Part shown: piece by piece, positions 26,211-37,400 of the stretch
How positions within the stretch are numbered: position 1 is the stretch's first letter
How the letters are laid out: each line of letters starts with the position of its first letter
DNA from: an uncultured Dehalococcoidia bacterium
Lineage (GTDB): Bacteria > Chloroflexota > Dehalococcoidia > Lucifugimonadales > CAJWER01
Length of the DNA: 64,000 nucleotides
Direction: 5' to 3'
Assembly: GCA_964608025.1 (NCBI GenBank)
Contig: CAZSLO010000023.1
Location: forward strand, 111,312 to 175,311
Notes under the pieces: model-generated
Databases searched by the model: none
What the model was told of the DNA's origin: nothing
Seen by the model: the letters and a program-made list of their open reading frames with translations, nothing else
Position numbers and translations under genes: made by a program

Positions 26211-27233
26211 ATGCTTACAGACAGATCAACAAACATTCTTAATTTAATTGTGGACGATTACATTAATTCCGGCGCGCCGATCTCTTCTCAAACCCTCGTA
26301 CACACTCATGGTCTTGGAATAAGTTCGGCTACTATAAGGAATGAAGTGGCTGTTCTTGAACAAGGCGGATATATAAAACGTCCTCATACTTCAGCAGGTA
26401 GCGTGCCGTTAGAAAAAGGATACAGAATTTATGTTGAAACTTCTGATCCAACAAATGACGATATAGAATTGTCGGTCCGGCGGTCTATTAAAAATAGCCT
26501 TGTAGAAGTGGAAAGAGATATTGATGAATGGACAGAAGTGGCATCAGCCCTACTAGCAGGCCTTGTTAATAGCATGGCGATAGTCACGTTCCCGAAGGCA
26601 GCAGAATCTCGTGTCAGAACAATCCAGCTGGTAAGGCTCCAGGAATTCTTAACTCTTCTTATAGTAGTTCTTAATGAATCGAAGCTGAGACGTCAACTCG
26701 TACCCCTTAAAAACCGTCTCGCAGATAGTGAGTTGGACAGGTCGGCTAATAGAATTGTCGAAATGGTACGTGGATGTACTTGGAATGAAATTGATACGGA
26801 ACGGGCGAGTCTCACCGTGCTTGAAGAAGAAATATTGGATTCAATTACGGAAATCCTTCGGGAGGAAGACAGAACTAACAAAGCCGATCACTACATGGAT
26901 GGGCTTAGAAATCTCTTTTCACAGCCCGAATTCGCTGATAATGCAGCTGTAGCTGGTTTTGTAGAAGGGATAGAAGATGGCAGCTTGGCGCAGTCAATAC
27001 TACATCAAACTCCGGATTCGGCCGTTGTTAAAGTCGTGATAGGTCATGAAAATCAAGATGATCTACTTCAACCCATGGGCGTGGTAATAGGAAGGTATGG
27101 TGTTCCAGGGGAAATCGCCGGTTCTATTGCAGCTGTTGGTCCTGTCAGAATGCAATATAAGAAAGCAATCTCTAGTATCGAATTAATGTCGGATGTTATG
27201 AGCGAACTTGTCGGGAGCGTCAGCGGTACATAG
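26211..27233 (+). CDS. hrcA: Heat-inducible transcription repressor HrcA
   Basis: N-terminal winged-helix region (ILNLIVDDYINSGAPISSQTL). About 340 aa. ATG 26211 preferred over the upstream TTG at 26187. Confidence 0.9.
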   Translation: MLTDRSTNILNLIVDDYINSGAPISSQTLVHTHGLGISSATIRNEVAVLEQGGYIKRPHTSAGSVPLEKGYRIYVETSDPTNDDIELSVRRSIKNSLVEVERDIDEWTEVASALLAGLVNSMAIVTFPKAAESRVRTIQLVRLQEFLTLLIVVLNESKLRRQLVPLKNRLADSELDRSANRIVEMVRGCTWNEIDTERASLTVLEEEILDSITEILREEDRTNKADHYMDGLRNLFSQPEFADNAAVAGFVEGIEDGSLAQSILHQTPDSAVVKVVIGHENQDDLLQPMGVVIGRYGVPGEIAGSIAAVGPVRMQYKKAISSIELMSDVMSELVGSVSGT

Positions 27234-27458
27234 GTAGTACAGTTAGTATCAAGAAATTTTGCTAAACCACCCTGATCTGTGTGAAAATTCTTGTTAATCC
27301 AGATAAGTTTTATTCGAAGGCCAGAATTTCCATAAAGATCCTGAAAATAAGGACTTTTGTTGTAGGTTTGGGGCCTTTGAAAAACCAAATCTGTACGATT
27401 TCTTGGCCACACCGTATAATTTGAAGTTGATCCTTGATCCTTGGGAATTGGGAAATAA

Positions 27459-28589
27459 ATGACCACTCAAAAAAGAGATTACTACGAGGTACTTGGTGTA
27501 TCGAGTAGTGCTTCAGATGAAGAAATACGTAAAGCGTTCAGGAAGCTCGCCCTTGAGTATCACCCTGATCGTAATAAGGATCCGGATGCGGTAGACCGAT
27601 TCAAAGAGGTAAACGAGGCTTATCAAGTCCTAACAGACTCAGAAAAACGATCCAGATATGATAGATTAGGCCATGCTGGTGTTGACACGAGTGGAACCAC
27701 AGGATTCGAAGGCTTTGAGAATTTTGGAGGATTTGGAGATATATTCGATGCTTTTTTTGGCGGAACGGGATCATCACGATCCCGTTCCCACCCAAGGGCA
27801 GCTGACCTTCATTATTCTCTAACGATCGATTTCGAAGAAGCTGCCTTTGGTGTTGAAAAAGAGTACGAAATCAATCGTACTGAGATATGCGAGGGATGTA
27901 AGGGTACACGAAGTGAACCTGGTAGCAAACCTATCTCATGCTTAAATTGTGGAGGAACTGGGCAAGTACAAAGAGCTTCCCAGAGTGTTTTCGGGCAATT
28001 CATGCAAGTTTCCACGTGTGGTCGGTGTAAAGGTGAAGGCCGGGTTATCACCGATCCATGTTTGCAGTGTAAAGGGATTGGTACCGAAGCCCGTACTCAT
28101 AAGATCGCGATTGCAGTTCCCCCCGGAGTGGAGACAGGTATCCAGATAAGATTGACTGGAGAAGGTGAAGCGGGTATAGAGGGAAGTAAGCCAGGTGATG
28201 TATACGTAGCGATAAATGTTAAAAAACATTCTCTATTTGATAGGATTGGAAATGATGTAATCAGCTCACAACACATCAACATTGCGCAGGCGGCTATGGG
28301 TGCAAAGATAAGTATCCCTACCCTTGAAAGTCTTGCCGATCTGGATATACCGGCTGGTACGCAGACGGGGGATGTATTGAAACTCGATGGTGTGGGCATC
28401 CCGCATTTGAATAATGAGAATCGGCGAGGGGATCATCTTGTTACTATTATCGTAGACGTACCTCGTTCATTGACTGAACGGCAGCGGGAACTTCTAGTAG
28501 AGTTAGGAGAGAGCCTTGAACCCAATACTGATGAGGTTGACCCTAGCTGGTTCGATAGATTCAAGAGCTCACTAGGCGGCGCTGAATAA
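27459..28589 (+). CDS. dnaJ: Molecular chaperone DnaJ
   Basis: J domain with HPD, G/F region and four CxxCxGxG zinc-finger repeats. Confidence 0.95.
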   Translation: MTTQKRDYYEVLGVSSSASDEEIRKAFRKLALEYHPDRNKDPDAVDRFKEVNEAYQVLTDSEKRSRYDRLGHAGVDTSGTTGFEGFENFGGFGDIFDAFFGGTGSSRSRSHPRAADLHYSLTIDFEEAAFGVEKEYEINRTEICEGCKGTRSEPGSKPISCLNCGGTGQVQRASQSVFGQFMQVSTCGRCKGEGRVITDPCLQCKGIGTEARTHKIAIAVPPGVETGIQIRLTGEGEAGIEGSKPGDVYVAINVKKHSLFDRIGNDVISSQHINIAQAAMGAKISIPTLESLADLDIPAGTQTGDVLKLDGVGIPHLNNENRRGDHLVTIIVDVPRSLTERQRELLVELGESLEPNTDEVDPSWFDRFKSSLGGAE

Positions 28590-28592
28590 GGC

Positions 28593-28620
28593 AAAGCCAG
28601 TGGGTAAAAAAACTGGCTTT
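28593..28620 (+). terminator. Hairpin after dnaJ (possible terminator)
   Basis: 9-bp stem AAAGCCAGT/ACTGGCTTT with a 10-nt loop. The downstream U tract is weak. Confidence 0.35.
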
Positions 28621-28673
28621 AGCTTATTCGGACCAGTCCTGCAGTTTCCATATTAAGGTATTAGGCTTTGTCC

Positions 28674-29588
28674 ATGAAATGGTTAGAACTAACTGTTGAG
28701 GCCACTAGGGAATTTGCGGAACCACTTACAGCGGTTTTTCTTAAATATGGCCATGCTGGAGTTGCGGTAGAGGAGCAAGGGGGATTCAATCCGGATGAAG
28801 GGGAACAACCACCAGAAAACACTTTAGTTAAGATAATGACCTATCTCCCATTGGACAAAACCACCAAATCTCGTGAGAACGGGATTGATGTAGGGGTAAA
28901 ACTCTTGTCCCAGATTGGTCCAGTATCTCCACTTACAAGGCGTGAAGTAGACGAGGCTGATTGGGAACATGCATGGAAAGAGCATTTCCATGTTCTCCGG
29001 GTAGGGACAAGAATAGTAATTGTTCCCACTTGGCGTGAATATACCTCTGGCCCCGGTGATATTATTGTAAAGTTGGACCCGGGTATGGCCTTTGGCACAG
29101 GTCATCATCCTACCACTGCTATGTGTTTGGCTATTCTCGATGAACTTTTACTTCCAGGATGTGCCGTTTTGGATGTTGGTTGTGGATCAGGAATTCTTTC
29201 CATAGCTTCGGCAAAGCTTGGTGCAAAAGAGGTGATAGGCCTAGATATAGATACGGTTGCAGTGAAAGTTGCCAAAACCAATGTCAAACAAAACAATGTT
29301 TCCGATGTCGTCTTGGTACGGCGTGGAACTCTACCATTACCGCGTACCCGACCTAGTGGATATGACTTCGTGGTAGCCAATATATCAGCCGTGGTTATAG
29401 AACAATTGGCTGGAGAGATGGTAAAGGCTTTACGGCCAGGCGGGACTATACTTATATCGGGGTTATTGGTAGAGAAGATTAGACAGGTATTGGATCGGTT
29501 CGAAGAGTTTGGATTCTCTGTATGCCGCCAAGAAATTGATGGAGATTGGGCTGCGGTTAGCTTGATGCAAGGTCCCGGCACGATTTAA
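28674..29588 (+). CDS. prmA: Ribosomal protein L11 methyltransferase
   Basis: MKWLELTV N-terminus. SAM-binding VLDVGCGSGILSI. Confidence 0.9.
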   Translation: MKWLELTVEATREFAEPLTAVFLKYGHAGVAVEEQGGFNPDEGEQPPENTLVKIMTYLPLDKTTKSRENGIDVGVKLLSQIGPVSPLTRREVDEADWEHAWKEHFHVLRVGTRIVIVPTWREYTSGPGDIIVKLDPGMAFGTGHHPTTAMCLAILDELLLPGCAVLDVGCGSGILSIASAKLGAKEVIGLDIDTVAVKVAKTNVKQNNVSDVVLVRRGTLPLPRTRPSGYDFVVANISAVVIEQLAGEMVKALRPGGTILISGLLVEKIRQVLDRFEEFGFSVCRQEIDGDWAAVSLMQGPGTI

Positions 29589-29593
29589 GAACG

Positions 29594-30334
29594 ATGCACC
29601 GATTTTTTGTAGATATAGAAGCTATTTCGGATGGCAGAGTGGAGCTTAGGGACCAAACGGCATTGCAGGTTGCCAAAGTGCTTAGGCTTAGAGCCGGAGA
29701 AAATATCATCGTTTTAGATGATACTGGTTTTGAGTACCTTGTAGAGCTAGATAGAGTTGAGCCCAAATGTGTAATTGGCTTGATCATAAGTCGTAGTCAG
29801 AATCAGAACGAGACGGCAATCAATGTAAATCTCTGCCAAGCGGTATTGAAAGGTGACAGACTGGACTATGTATTCCAAAAATGTACAGAACTAGGTGTTT
29901 TTAATTTCGTCCCGGTTCTCTGTTCACGATCACTATACAGGGGCCCCGGGTGGTCTTCCAACCGAATGGCTAGGTGGCGGACTGTTGTAAAGGAGGCCTC
30001 TGAGCAATCTGAAAGGAGCCATCTTCCGTTAATTAGTGGTGCAGTTGGGTTTGAGGCTGCGTGCGACTTGGTACAAGGGACAGGCATTATTCTTTGGGAA
30101 CGTGAAGAGACAGTTACACTAAAATCGTCCTTGATATGCCCGGAAATATTTACTGATCGACGACTGACGATCTTTGTGGGACCGGAAGGCGGATTCACAG
30201 ATCAAGAAATAGATTACGCCAGGACCGTTGGTATAGCGTCGGTAAGCCTGGGGAAACGCATCTTAAGAGCTGAAACAGCGGCGATATCGGCTGTATCGAT
30301 AGTTATGCATGAATTGGGGGAACTTGATCCGTGA
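29594..30334 (+). CDS. rsmE: 16S rRNA (uracil1498-N3)-methyltransferase RsmE
   Basis: MHRFFV N-terminus. C-terminal GPEGGF...LGKRILRAETAA SPOUT motif. Confidence 0.9.
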   Translation: MHRFFVDIEAISDGRVELRDQTALQVAKVLRLRAGENIIVLDDTGFEYLVELDRVEPKCVIGLIISRSQNQNETAINVNLCQAVLKGDRLDYVFQKCTELGVFNFVPVLCSRSLYRGPGWSSNRMARWRTVVKEASEQSERSHLPLISGAVGFEAACDLVQGTGIILWEREETVTLKSSLICPEIFTDRRLTIFVGPEGGFTDQEIDYARTVGIASVSLGKRILRAETAAISAVSIVMHELGELDP

Positions 30335-30359
30335 ACGTCTTTGGGTGGCACAGGCTAAT

Positions 30360-31385
30360 TCAGTTTTCAATACGCTCTGGGACTGGATCTCTATCCATTA
30401 GATCGGCAATTGCCTGATGGATATCTAGATTGTTAAACAGTACATTGTAGGTAGTCTGGGCTATAGGCATATCAACACTAAGGGATTCGGCTAGTTTTAC
30501 CGTGGCACGTGTAGTATCGACACCTTCTGCAACATGATTCATGGTGGCAACGATTTGTTCTAGGGATTTGCCTTTTGCCAGTTCCCGTCCGACATGGTGA
30601 TTTCGACTCAGTTCACTTGAACATGTTGCTATTAAATCACCTATCCCTGCTAAACCTGCAAATGTCATGGGATCTGCTCCTGCAGCTACACCCAGACGTG
30701 TGATTTCTGCGAGGCCTCGTGTCATGAAGGCCGCCTTGGAATTATCCCCAATGCCGAGACCATCACATACTCCTGCTCCTAAAGCGACAATATTTTTCAG
30801 GGCACCACCTAGCTCAACACCAATAATATCCAAATTCGTATAGAGCCGAAAACTTGAAGATGTAAGTAGTGATTGTACTTGAACAGCTACTGACTGATCA
30901 GGCGATGCTATAACGCTAGACGATGGTTTGTCAGCTACTATTTCAGATACAAGATTTGGACCAGACAGGGCACCTAAATGGATATTCGGTATATCATGTA
31001 ATTCTTCATCAAGTACCTGTGTCATGCGTTTGCCTGAATTGATCTCAAGACCTTTTGTGGCGCTTACGACGATTGTGGAATGCGATATAGAGTCTTTTAC
31101 AGAGCGGATATTTGTTCTCATACTATTTGAAGGCACTGCAATTAGCACCAGATCAGATTCACTGAATGCCTCCGAGGAAGATGAAGTGATATTGATGCGA
31201 GGGGATAATTTTACGTTCGGCAGGAATCGTCGATTTTCACCTTCGGATTGAAGGACAGCTGCCTCACCTTTAGAACGGGCCCAAAGAGCGACATCCGCGC
31301 CAGTCTTTTCGGCAAGTATGGCTAGAGTGGTTCCCCAGCTGGTAGTTCCTACCACACTGATTCTGGCCAATTTAGGGCTTTGCAA
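30360..31385 (-). CDS. gpsA: NAD(P)H-dependent glycerol-3-phosphate dehydrogenase
   Basis: GTTSWGTTLA Rossmann region. GALKN and NHxVG-like motifs. Confidence 0.9.
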   Translation of the reverse strand: MQSPKLARISVVGTTSWGTTLAILAEKTGADVALWARSKGEAAVLQSEGENRRFLPNVKLSPRINITSSSSEAFSESDLVLIAVPSNSMRTNIRSVKDSISHSTIVVSATKGLEINSGKRMTQVLDEELHDIPNIHLGALSGPNLVSEIVADKPSSSVIASPDQSVAVQVQSLLTSSSFRLYTNLDIIGVELGGALKNIVALGAGVCDGLGIGDNSKAAFMTRGLAEITRLGVAAGADPMTFAGLAGIGDLIATCSSELSRNHHVGRELAKGKSLEQIVATMNHVAEGVDTTRATVKLAESLSVDMPIAQTTYNVLFNNLDIHQAIADLMDRDPVPERIEN

Positions 31386-31393
31386 CAGACAAC

Positions 31394-32017
31394 CTACCGT
31401 ATAGTTGGTATACCTTTTGGCATATCGAGGCGACGTTCATTACCCTTGACCAATCTGCTGAGGTTGTCTTTGTGTCTTGCAATAACAATGATGCCACCTA
31501 AAAATCCATACCACGCATAAACACCAGATGTTTGTCCTGCCAAGGATAACACTACAAGAAGACCGGTGCCCGAAATAGCGCCGATGATTGAACCAAGCGA
31601 TACGTAACGTGTCAAAATGATGATTGGTACTCCTACGAGAGTTGCAACGATCCCACATATTGGAGAGAGTGGGAATAATCCACTCCAACCTGGAGCCACA
31701 CCTTTACCGCCTCGGAATCCGGAGAATATGGGCCATATATGTCCGATCATAGAGGCCACCCCTGCTGCCACCTCTATGCTTGGAGATTCGGTTATTAGTC
31801 TTGCTCCCAAGATGGCAATTACTGACTTGCTCATGTCTAGAACAAGGACCAAAATGGCAGCTTTGATTCCCACAGTTCGAAGAACAGTGGTCATCCCAGT
31901 AGCGCCGCTGCCGTGATCTCTTACATCAACGCCTTTAAAAAGTCGCCCAAAGATCAGGCCAAATGGAAGTGAACCTAGTAGATAACCTAATAAGGCGAAT
32001 CCGAGAAACTCTGTCAA
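31394..32017 (-). CDS. plsY: Glycerol-3-phosphate acyltransferase PlsY
   Basis: GSGATG and FRGGKGVA motifs in a small polytopic membrane protein. Confidence 0.9.
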   Translation of the reverse strand: MTEFLGFALLGYLLGSLPFGLIFGRLFKGVDVRDHGSGATGMTTVLRTVGIKAAILVLVLDMSKSVIAILGARLITESPSIEVAAGVASMIGHIWPIFSGFRGGKGVAPGWSGLFPLSPICGIVATLVGVPIIILTRYVSLGSIIGAISGTGLLVVLSLAGQTSGVYAWYGFLGGIIVIARHKDNLSRLVKGNERRLDMPKGIPTIR

Positions 32018-33339
32018 CGGTCTCCCCTGCTTTTAAACCGCATTCTTAACGGAGTTCCTTCGAAGCCATAGGCATTACGTATTGTGTTCTCAAGGTAGCG
32101 CTGATACGAGAAGTGTACCATGTCGGACTTGTTTACGTGGAACGTGAAGCTGGGGGGTTGGGTATTATCCTGAGTCACTCCATATATTTTCAAACGCCGT
32201 CTCCCTGTAGGTGGAGGATGATCGGCAATGGCGTTCAATATCGTTCGCCTTAGATCGTAACGCGGCAGTGTCATTCCCCAATGCTGGTGGGTTTTTGCCG
32301 CTGTGTCCAATAGTTCACCGATGCCGGTATTTTCAAGTGCTGAAATAAAGCAAATGGGTGCATGGTTTGCAAATTTGAATTGCTCACGTACCCTACGTAC
32401 TGCATCATCTTTACTAAGGTCGAGATCTTGGGACCGATCCCATTTATTTATAGCTAATACAATCCCGCGATAGGCTTCTAATACATAACCAGCGATGTGT
32501 GTGTCCTGGGTTGTGGCTAGTTCTGTGGCGTCCATGACCAACACTGCGATTTCAGCACGGTCAATTGCCCTGATAGACCGTAAGGCGCTGAATTGTTCTA
32601 TCCCACGCTCTATCTTGCCTCGTTTACGAATGCCAGCTGTATCGATCAGGAGGATTGTCCTCTCATCCACGGTTACCAGGGAATCTAGCGCGTCGCGGGT
32701 AGTACCGGGTATATCACTTACTATGGCCCGATTTTCCCCCAGTATTGAATTGAGGAGCATAGATTTGCCGACGTTGGCTCTACCCACAATGGCCATCTTG
32801 AAATCTGTCTCGGGGTCCGGTATTGCATCTGTTTTGGGAAGGTGCTTTAGCACTTGTTCCATCAGATCTTCGATACCCTGGTTGTGATATGCACTTATTG
32901 GAATGGGTTCTCCAAGACCTAATTTGTGAAACTCTCCCACTGCTGTCTCTCGCAATTCGTTATCCGCCTTGTTGATGGCAACTACAACCTGTTTCTTAGA
33001 AAGACGTAGGATTTGGGCAACATCCTCATCTGGTGCCGTAAGTCCAGTCACCACATCGGCAAGCATAATGACAACATCCGATCCTTCAATAGCGTGATCA
33101 ATTTGGTCACGTATATTAGTCCAAAGCTCTGTATTTGGAAATTCGTCTAGGCCACCGGTATCTACCAAGGTAATTAATTGCTCGGACCAAGCTACATCGG
33201 CTATCACACGGTCTCTGGTTGTCCCAGGTATATCGGATACAATCGCAGGACGGTCTTCAGTTAATCTGTTAAAAAGCGTCGATTTGCCAACATTAGGTCG
33301 GCCTACTATAGAAACAATCGGCTTCAGGACTGTTGACAT
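32014..33339 (-). CDS. der: Ribosome-associated GTPase Der/EngA
   Basis: Two tandem GTPase domains (GRPNVGKST and GRANVGKSM) plus a KH-like C-terminus. Confidence 0.95.
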   Translation of the reverse strand: MSTVLKPIVSIVGRPNVGKSTLFNRLTEDRPAIVSDIPGTTRDRVIADVAWSEQLITLVDTGGLDEFPNTELWTNIRDQIDHAIEGSDVVIMLADVVTGLTAPDEDVAQILRLSKKQVVVAINKADNELRETAVGEFHKLGLGEPIPISAYHNQGIEDLMEQVLKHLPKTDAIPDPETDFKMAIVGRANVGKSMLLNSILGENRAIVSDIPGTTRDALDSLVTVDERTILLIDTAGIRKRGKIERGIEQFSALRSIRAIDRAEIAVLVMDATELATTQDTHIAGYVLEAYRGIVLAINKWDRSQDLDLSKDDAVRRVREQFKFANHAPICFISALENTGIGELLDTAAKTHQHWGMTLPRYDLRRTILNAIADHPPPTGRRRLKIYGVTQDNTQPPSFTFHVNKSDMVHFSYQRYLENTIRNAYGFEGTPLRMRFKSRGDR

Positions 33340-33422
33340 GAATACCTCGTTTGGGCCATACGAAACCAGGCTACTATGGGCTTAGTTGAGCCAGCGACGG
33401 ATCATGTGTGTGCACTTGGATA

Positions 33423-34337
33423 TTATCGAGTGAAAAGATTTGTCATTATCGCATTTTGAGCATGGAGGCGGTTTTCTGCTTGATCGAAAACTACTGATTG
33501 TGGATGATCTAGCATTCCTGCGGAGATTTCCTCTCCTTCATGTGCAGGCATATCGTGCATAAAAATCGCCGTTGGCTTAGCTAGACTCATAAGGGCAGGA
33601 TTGACCTGATAATTTTTAAAGGCACTCTGCCTCTCTTTAGATTCTGAATCTTGTCCCATGCTGACCCAAACGTCAGTGTAAATAACGTCGGCATCCAGAG
33701 CTGCAATTTCTGGAGATTGAACCCAGGTAACATCGGTTTTATTACGACTCGCTCGGATCTGCGCTTCTTGCCACGTAATATCTTCCATTTGATACGCTGG
33801 AGGAGAAGCTATTACAAATTCTGTACCGACAGATGCACAAGCAAGAGCTAGGCTGCCGGCTACATTGTTACCATCTCCGATGTAAGCTATTCGTTGTCCT
33901 GTGAACGATCCATTGTGTTCAGATATCGTGAGCAGGTCTGCCATTGCCTGGCACGGATGTTCAAGGTCTGACAATGCATTGATCACGGGAATCGACGTGT
34001 TCTCAGCTAGTAAAATCAGATTCTTGTGGGAAAAAACACGGGCAACTATTCCGTCTACCCATCGATCTAGTACACGAGCAACATCCGGTACTGGCTCCCT
34101 TTGTCCTAGGCCTACCTCGGATCCGCCTAGAAAGAAGCACTCACCTCCCAATCGCCGGATTCCAACCTCGAAGCTCGCCCTAGTTCTAAGAGATGGTTTC
34201 TCAAAAAGCAGGGCGATGATTTTGCCTTCCAAGGGGCGTTGTAGCTTACCTTGTTTAATACTCTTTGTCTTATCGATCATAAGGGCAATCGCCTCAGGGT
34301 CTAGGTCTGCGATGGATAGGAAGTCTTTTCCTTTCAC
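33423..34337 (-). CDS. argF: Ornithine carbamoyltransferase-like transcarbamylase (variant active-site motifs)
   Basis: HPCQ and DVWVSMG motifs are present. SLRTR replaces STRTR, and HDMP replaces HCLP. Confidence 0.75.
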   Translation of the reverse strand: MKGKDFLSIADLDPEAIALMIDKTKSIKQGKLQRPLEGKIIALLFEKPSLRTRASFEVGIRRLGGECFFLGGSEVGLGQREPVPDVARVLDRWVDGIVARVFSHKNLILLAENTSIPVINALSDLEHPCQAMADLLTISEHNGSFTGQRIAYIGDGNNVAGSLALACASVGTEFVIASPPAYQMEDITWQEAQIRASRNKTDVTWVQSPEIAALDADVIYTDVWVSMGQDSESKERQSAFKNYQVNPALMSLAKPTAIFMHDMPAHEGEEISAGMLDHPQSVVFDQAENRLHAQNAIMTNLFTR

Positions 34338-34405
34338 GATAACACCTCTAGGGTATGATCATACCTGACGAAAATGGGATGCGGCAACGCAATCATTGCC
34401 ACATC

Positions 34406-37400
34406 TTATCCTAACTCTGTTTTAAGCATACCGCGGTTAATGCGGGAAGATTTTCTTATAAAGATGAGTGTTGTTACTATGAACATTGTGATAAGTGCTG
34501 AATATATGGGAATCATGAGGCTCCAATTGGTGATCAGAACGAAAGGAGGCAAAGCTTCTTGGCCAGTCTCAGTAAAAGAAACTAAAGATACTACAAGCTG
34601 GCTCATTTGAAGCCCGGTGAGTGTCCCTATTGCCATGCCAGTAACGACTATAGTGAAATGTTCAAAACACACGAGCTTGATCAGTTGTCGTTCCGATAGG
34701 CCCATAGAAAGGAGTATTCCTAGTTGTGCATGAATCTTCTTTGCGGATGCAACGAGAAATGATGTATATCCCAATCCCACCGTCGAAATAACAGTAGCTA
34801 TTACAAGCACTACCATAGAATTCCAGCCAGCCGTAGTCATGGGATTTAGACGAGACGACGCTAAAAGAGATTCCCGGTGCTGCACGTTTCCCCAGTACTT
34901 AAACACCGAATCGAGTGCTGTTTTCATTGCCTGTTGTGCAGCAGGTGCTTCTTTAATAAAAAGTTCATTAGGAACACTTATAGGTGTGTGTCCCATGATG
35001 TTAAGGTGGCCGAGGAGGCTGTTAAGATCTGCAAGAATAAATCTTCCTCCTACTGAGTCCATAGTCGGGAAGTAGTCGATGATTTCTCTGATAACCATCG
35101 GGACAAATCGATTGGATATGTTGGCTAGGATAATATCTCCCTTACTGGAAAAAGTTTCCTTAGCGAAAGAGTTACTGACCACTACTGGAACAGGGCCGCC
35201 AGTTGGACTTTGATAGAATCCGCGAATACCGTAGTGGTTTTCTTTGGTAAAAGTGAAAACTCCTGACCGACGGCCCGATTGAGATTCCTGTCTTGTTGTG
35301 GTGATTCGCTCTGGCGATAGCTGGGCTGTCACTATGGGAAACCACCTGAGTTGTCCTTCAAAATCCTCGAGCAACATGATATTGTCAGAGGTGGCAGCTT
35401 TGGTATGTATACTGTCAATCAGTAATTGCCCTGGTGTTTTGTCCGTACCTGTGCCAGGTTCAGAAATTTGTATAGAAACCAAATGAATAGGACCTTTCAT
35501 GGACGGTGGGAGATCTCCTGATAAAAGAGTCCACTCGTCGTTGCTCGGTGTCCCCATCGGGATAGATTTTATAGATCCAAGGCCATCCTCGATCAAAGCC
35601 CATACGACCAACCCTGGAATAAATTCTTGGATTTTAGCCCAAAGCCCAATAGTTGAAGCGGAATCTGGAATAACAACGCGTTCTATCTGTCGGTGGGATG
35701 ACAAGATAGTCATCAGGTTGTTGAATTGGATTCTTGAAAAATCTTGCCGATACCATGACATACTCGAGAAATCCCGTGATTCTATAGCTAGCAGTTGAAT
35801 CGAGACACCTGCAGCACGTGACTCTTCCCTTAAGGCTAATGTAGTTTTTTGAACACCTGGGAGTTCGTCATATCGGGATTTCATAGGATATATTCCTCTC
35901 CCAGCTGTTGACGGGAGGTCTGTGACACGAATATCCGCGCCAACCTGGTAATGGATACGGTCTTCCTGATTTCGTTCAAGCGTAGCTCCAATCGTTGTTG
36001 CTAATACGCCGATGCCGGTAGCTAGAATTATCATGAGGATTAGACCGGTGTATTGGAATGGATTTCGAGCCATTTGGCGTAATCCCATCCAGAGCCATAT
36101 AGGAGTAAGGTTCATCAAGAAAGGTATCAGTCTTGCAACTAGTTGGGCTGGCACTAAACCTATGAGGCTTAGAGCTGGGAGATAAAATAAATCTTTGGAA
36201 TCTAAGGGTTCTGCAAGCAAGATTCCGTATACAAGACCAGATTGGATCAGGAGTCCAACGATAAGATAATGCTTACGCCTAGTCTTGATTGTACCCAAGT
36301 AAATTGCCCAAACAGATATTACTAGTGCGAGAGGGATGGCCCATTCGACCCGATCGCCTATTAGCCCGGTTATTAATAGAGTCGCTGAGGCGCTGGATAG
36401 AATCAATGTGGCCAAAAGATTTAGGAGGAAGAGAGATTCGCCACTAACGAACTGAACCAGTATTGGGAATAGCCTCATGAAAATAAGTGTGATTGCCAGT
36501 AAAAAGAGGACAGGTGTGATTAGTAGTGATTCATTAAGATCAAAACCATTTAACAGGCTACGGGATACAAGGTGGCCTTGGGAGTGGAGTTCCCATAGGA
36601 TAACTCCCCCGATAGAGATTAGGGCAATATCTAGGTAGTAGCGCTGAAAAAACAGCGTATTAACAGGCCGGCCAACCTGTAATTTATAAGCTCGCAGCCC
36701 GCTCCCAGTACTCCCAGTATTCAATAAACCTAAGCAGGCTGTAACAGTGATTGTAAGTATGCCGCTGACAATCGCTGCGATTAATGCCATTGGACTTAGA
36801 TCTGCAGATAGGAAAGTCCCGTTGGTCATGTCGCTGAGATAAGGAAGAAAACCGCTTAGCATTACAAGGGCCATCGCCCCAAAAGGTGCCACAATGATCA
36901 CCAAAAGTGTCATGAGTATAGGTTCCCAGATGTTAAGGCTTATTATGTGAAGAGGACCGAGCCCTCTTGTAATTAGCAAGGCAGTATCTGCTAGGCGGTT
37001 TTGTGCCAAGTACGAAGCAATTATCCCTAGATAGATCAATATCGTCATAAACACAATCGCCAGCATCAGTAACATCGGAATTTTTCCGAAGAAAGTCCTA
37101 TGTTGAAATTTGCGAAAAGTGCTATCCAGGGCAGTAGAAACTTCTGACCCTGGGAGGAGATTTACTAACTGTTTCTCGAACTGATCTAGCTGGGTTCTAG
37201 CCTCACTAGTAGTCCATCTATTGAACCCGTCCTTATTTACCCGAATTATCCATATCGAGTTGATCAAGCTTGTAGGATAGGCAGTGCCTAGACCATCCAC
37301 CATGCCTTTCTGCGTGATGAAAAGAGGCACTGAGGGGAACATTTCTCTGTCTGGGCCGTCTACAGTTGGACCGAGGGTGTTGAAGGGTTCAGGATCTAAG

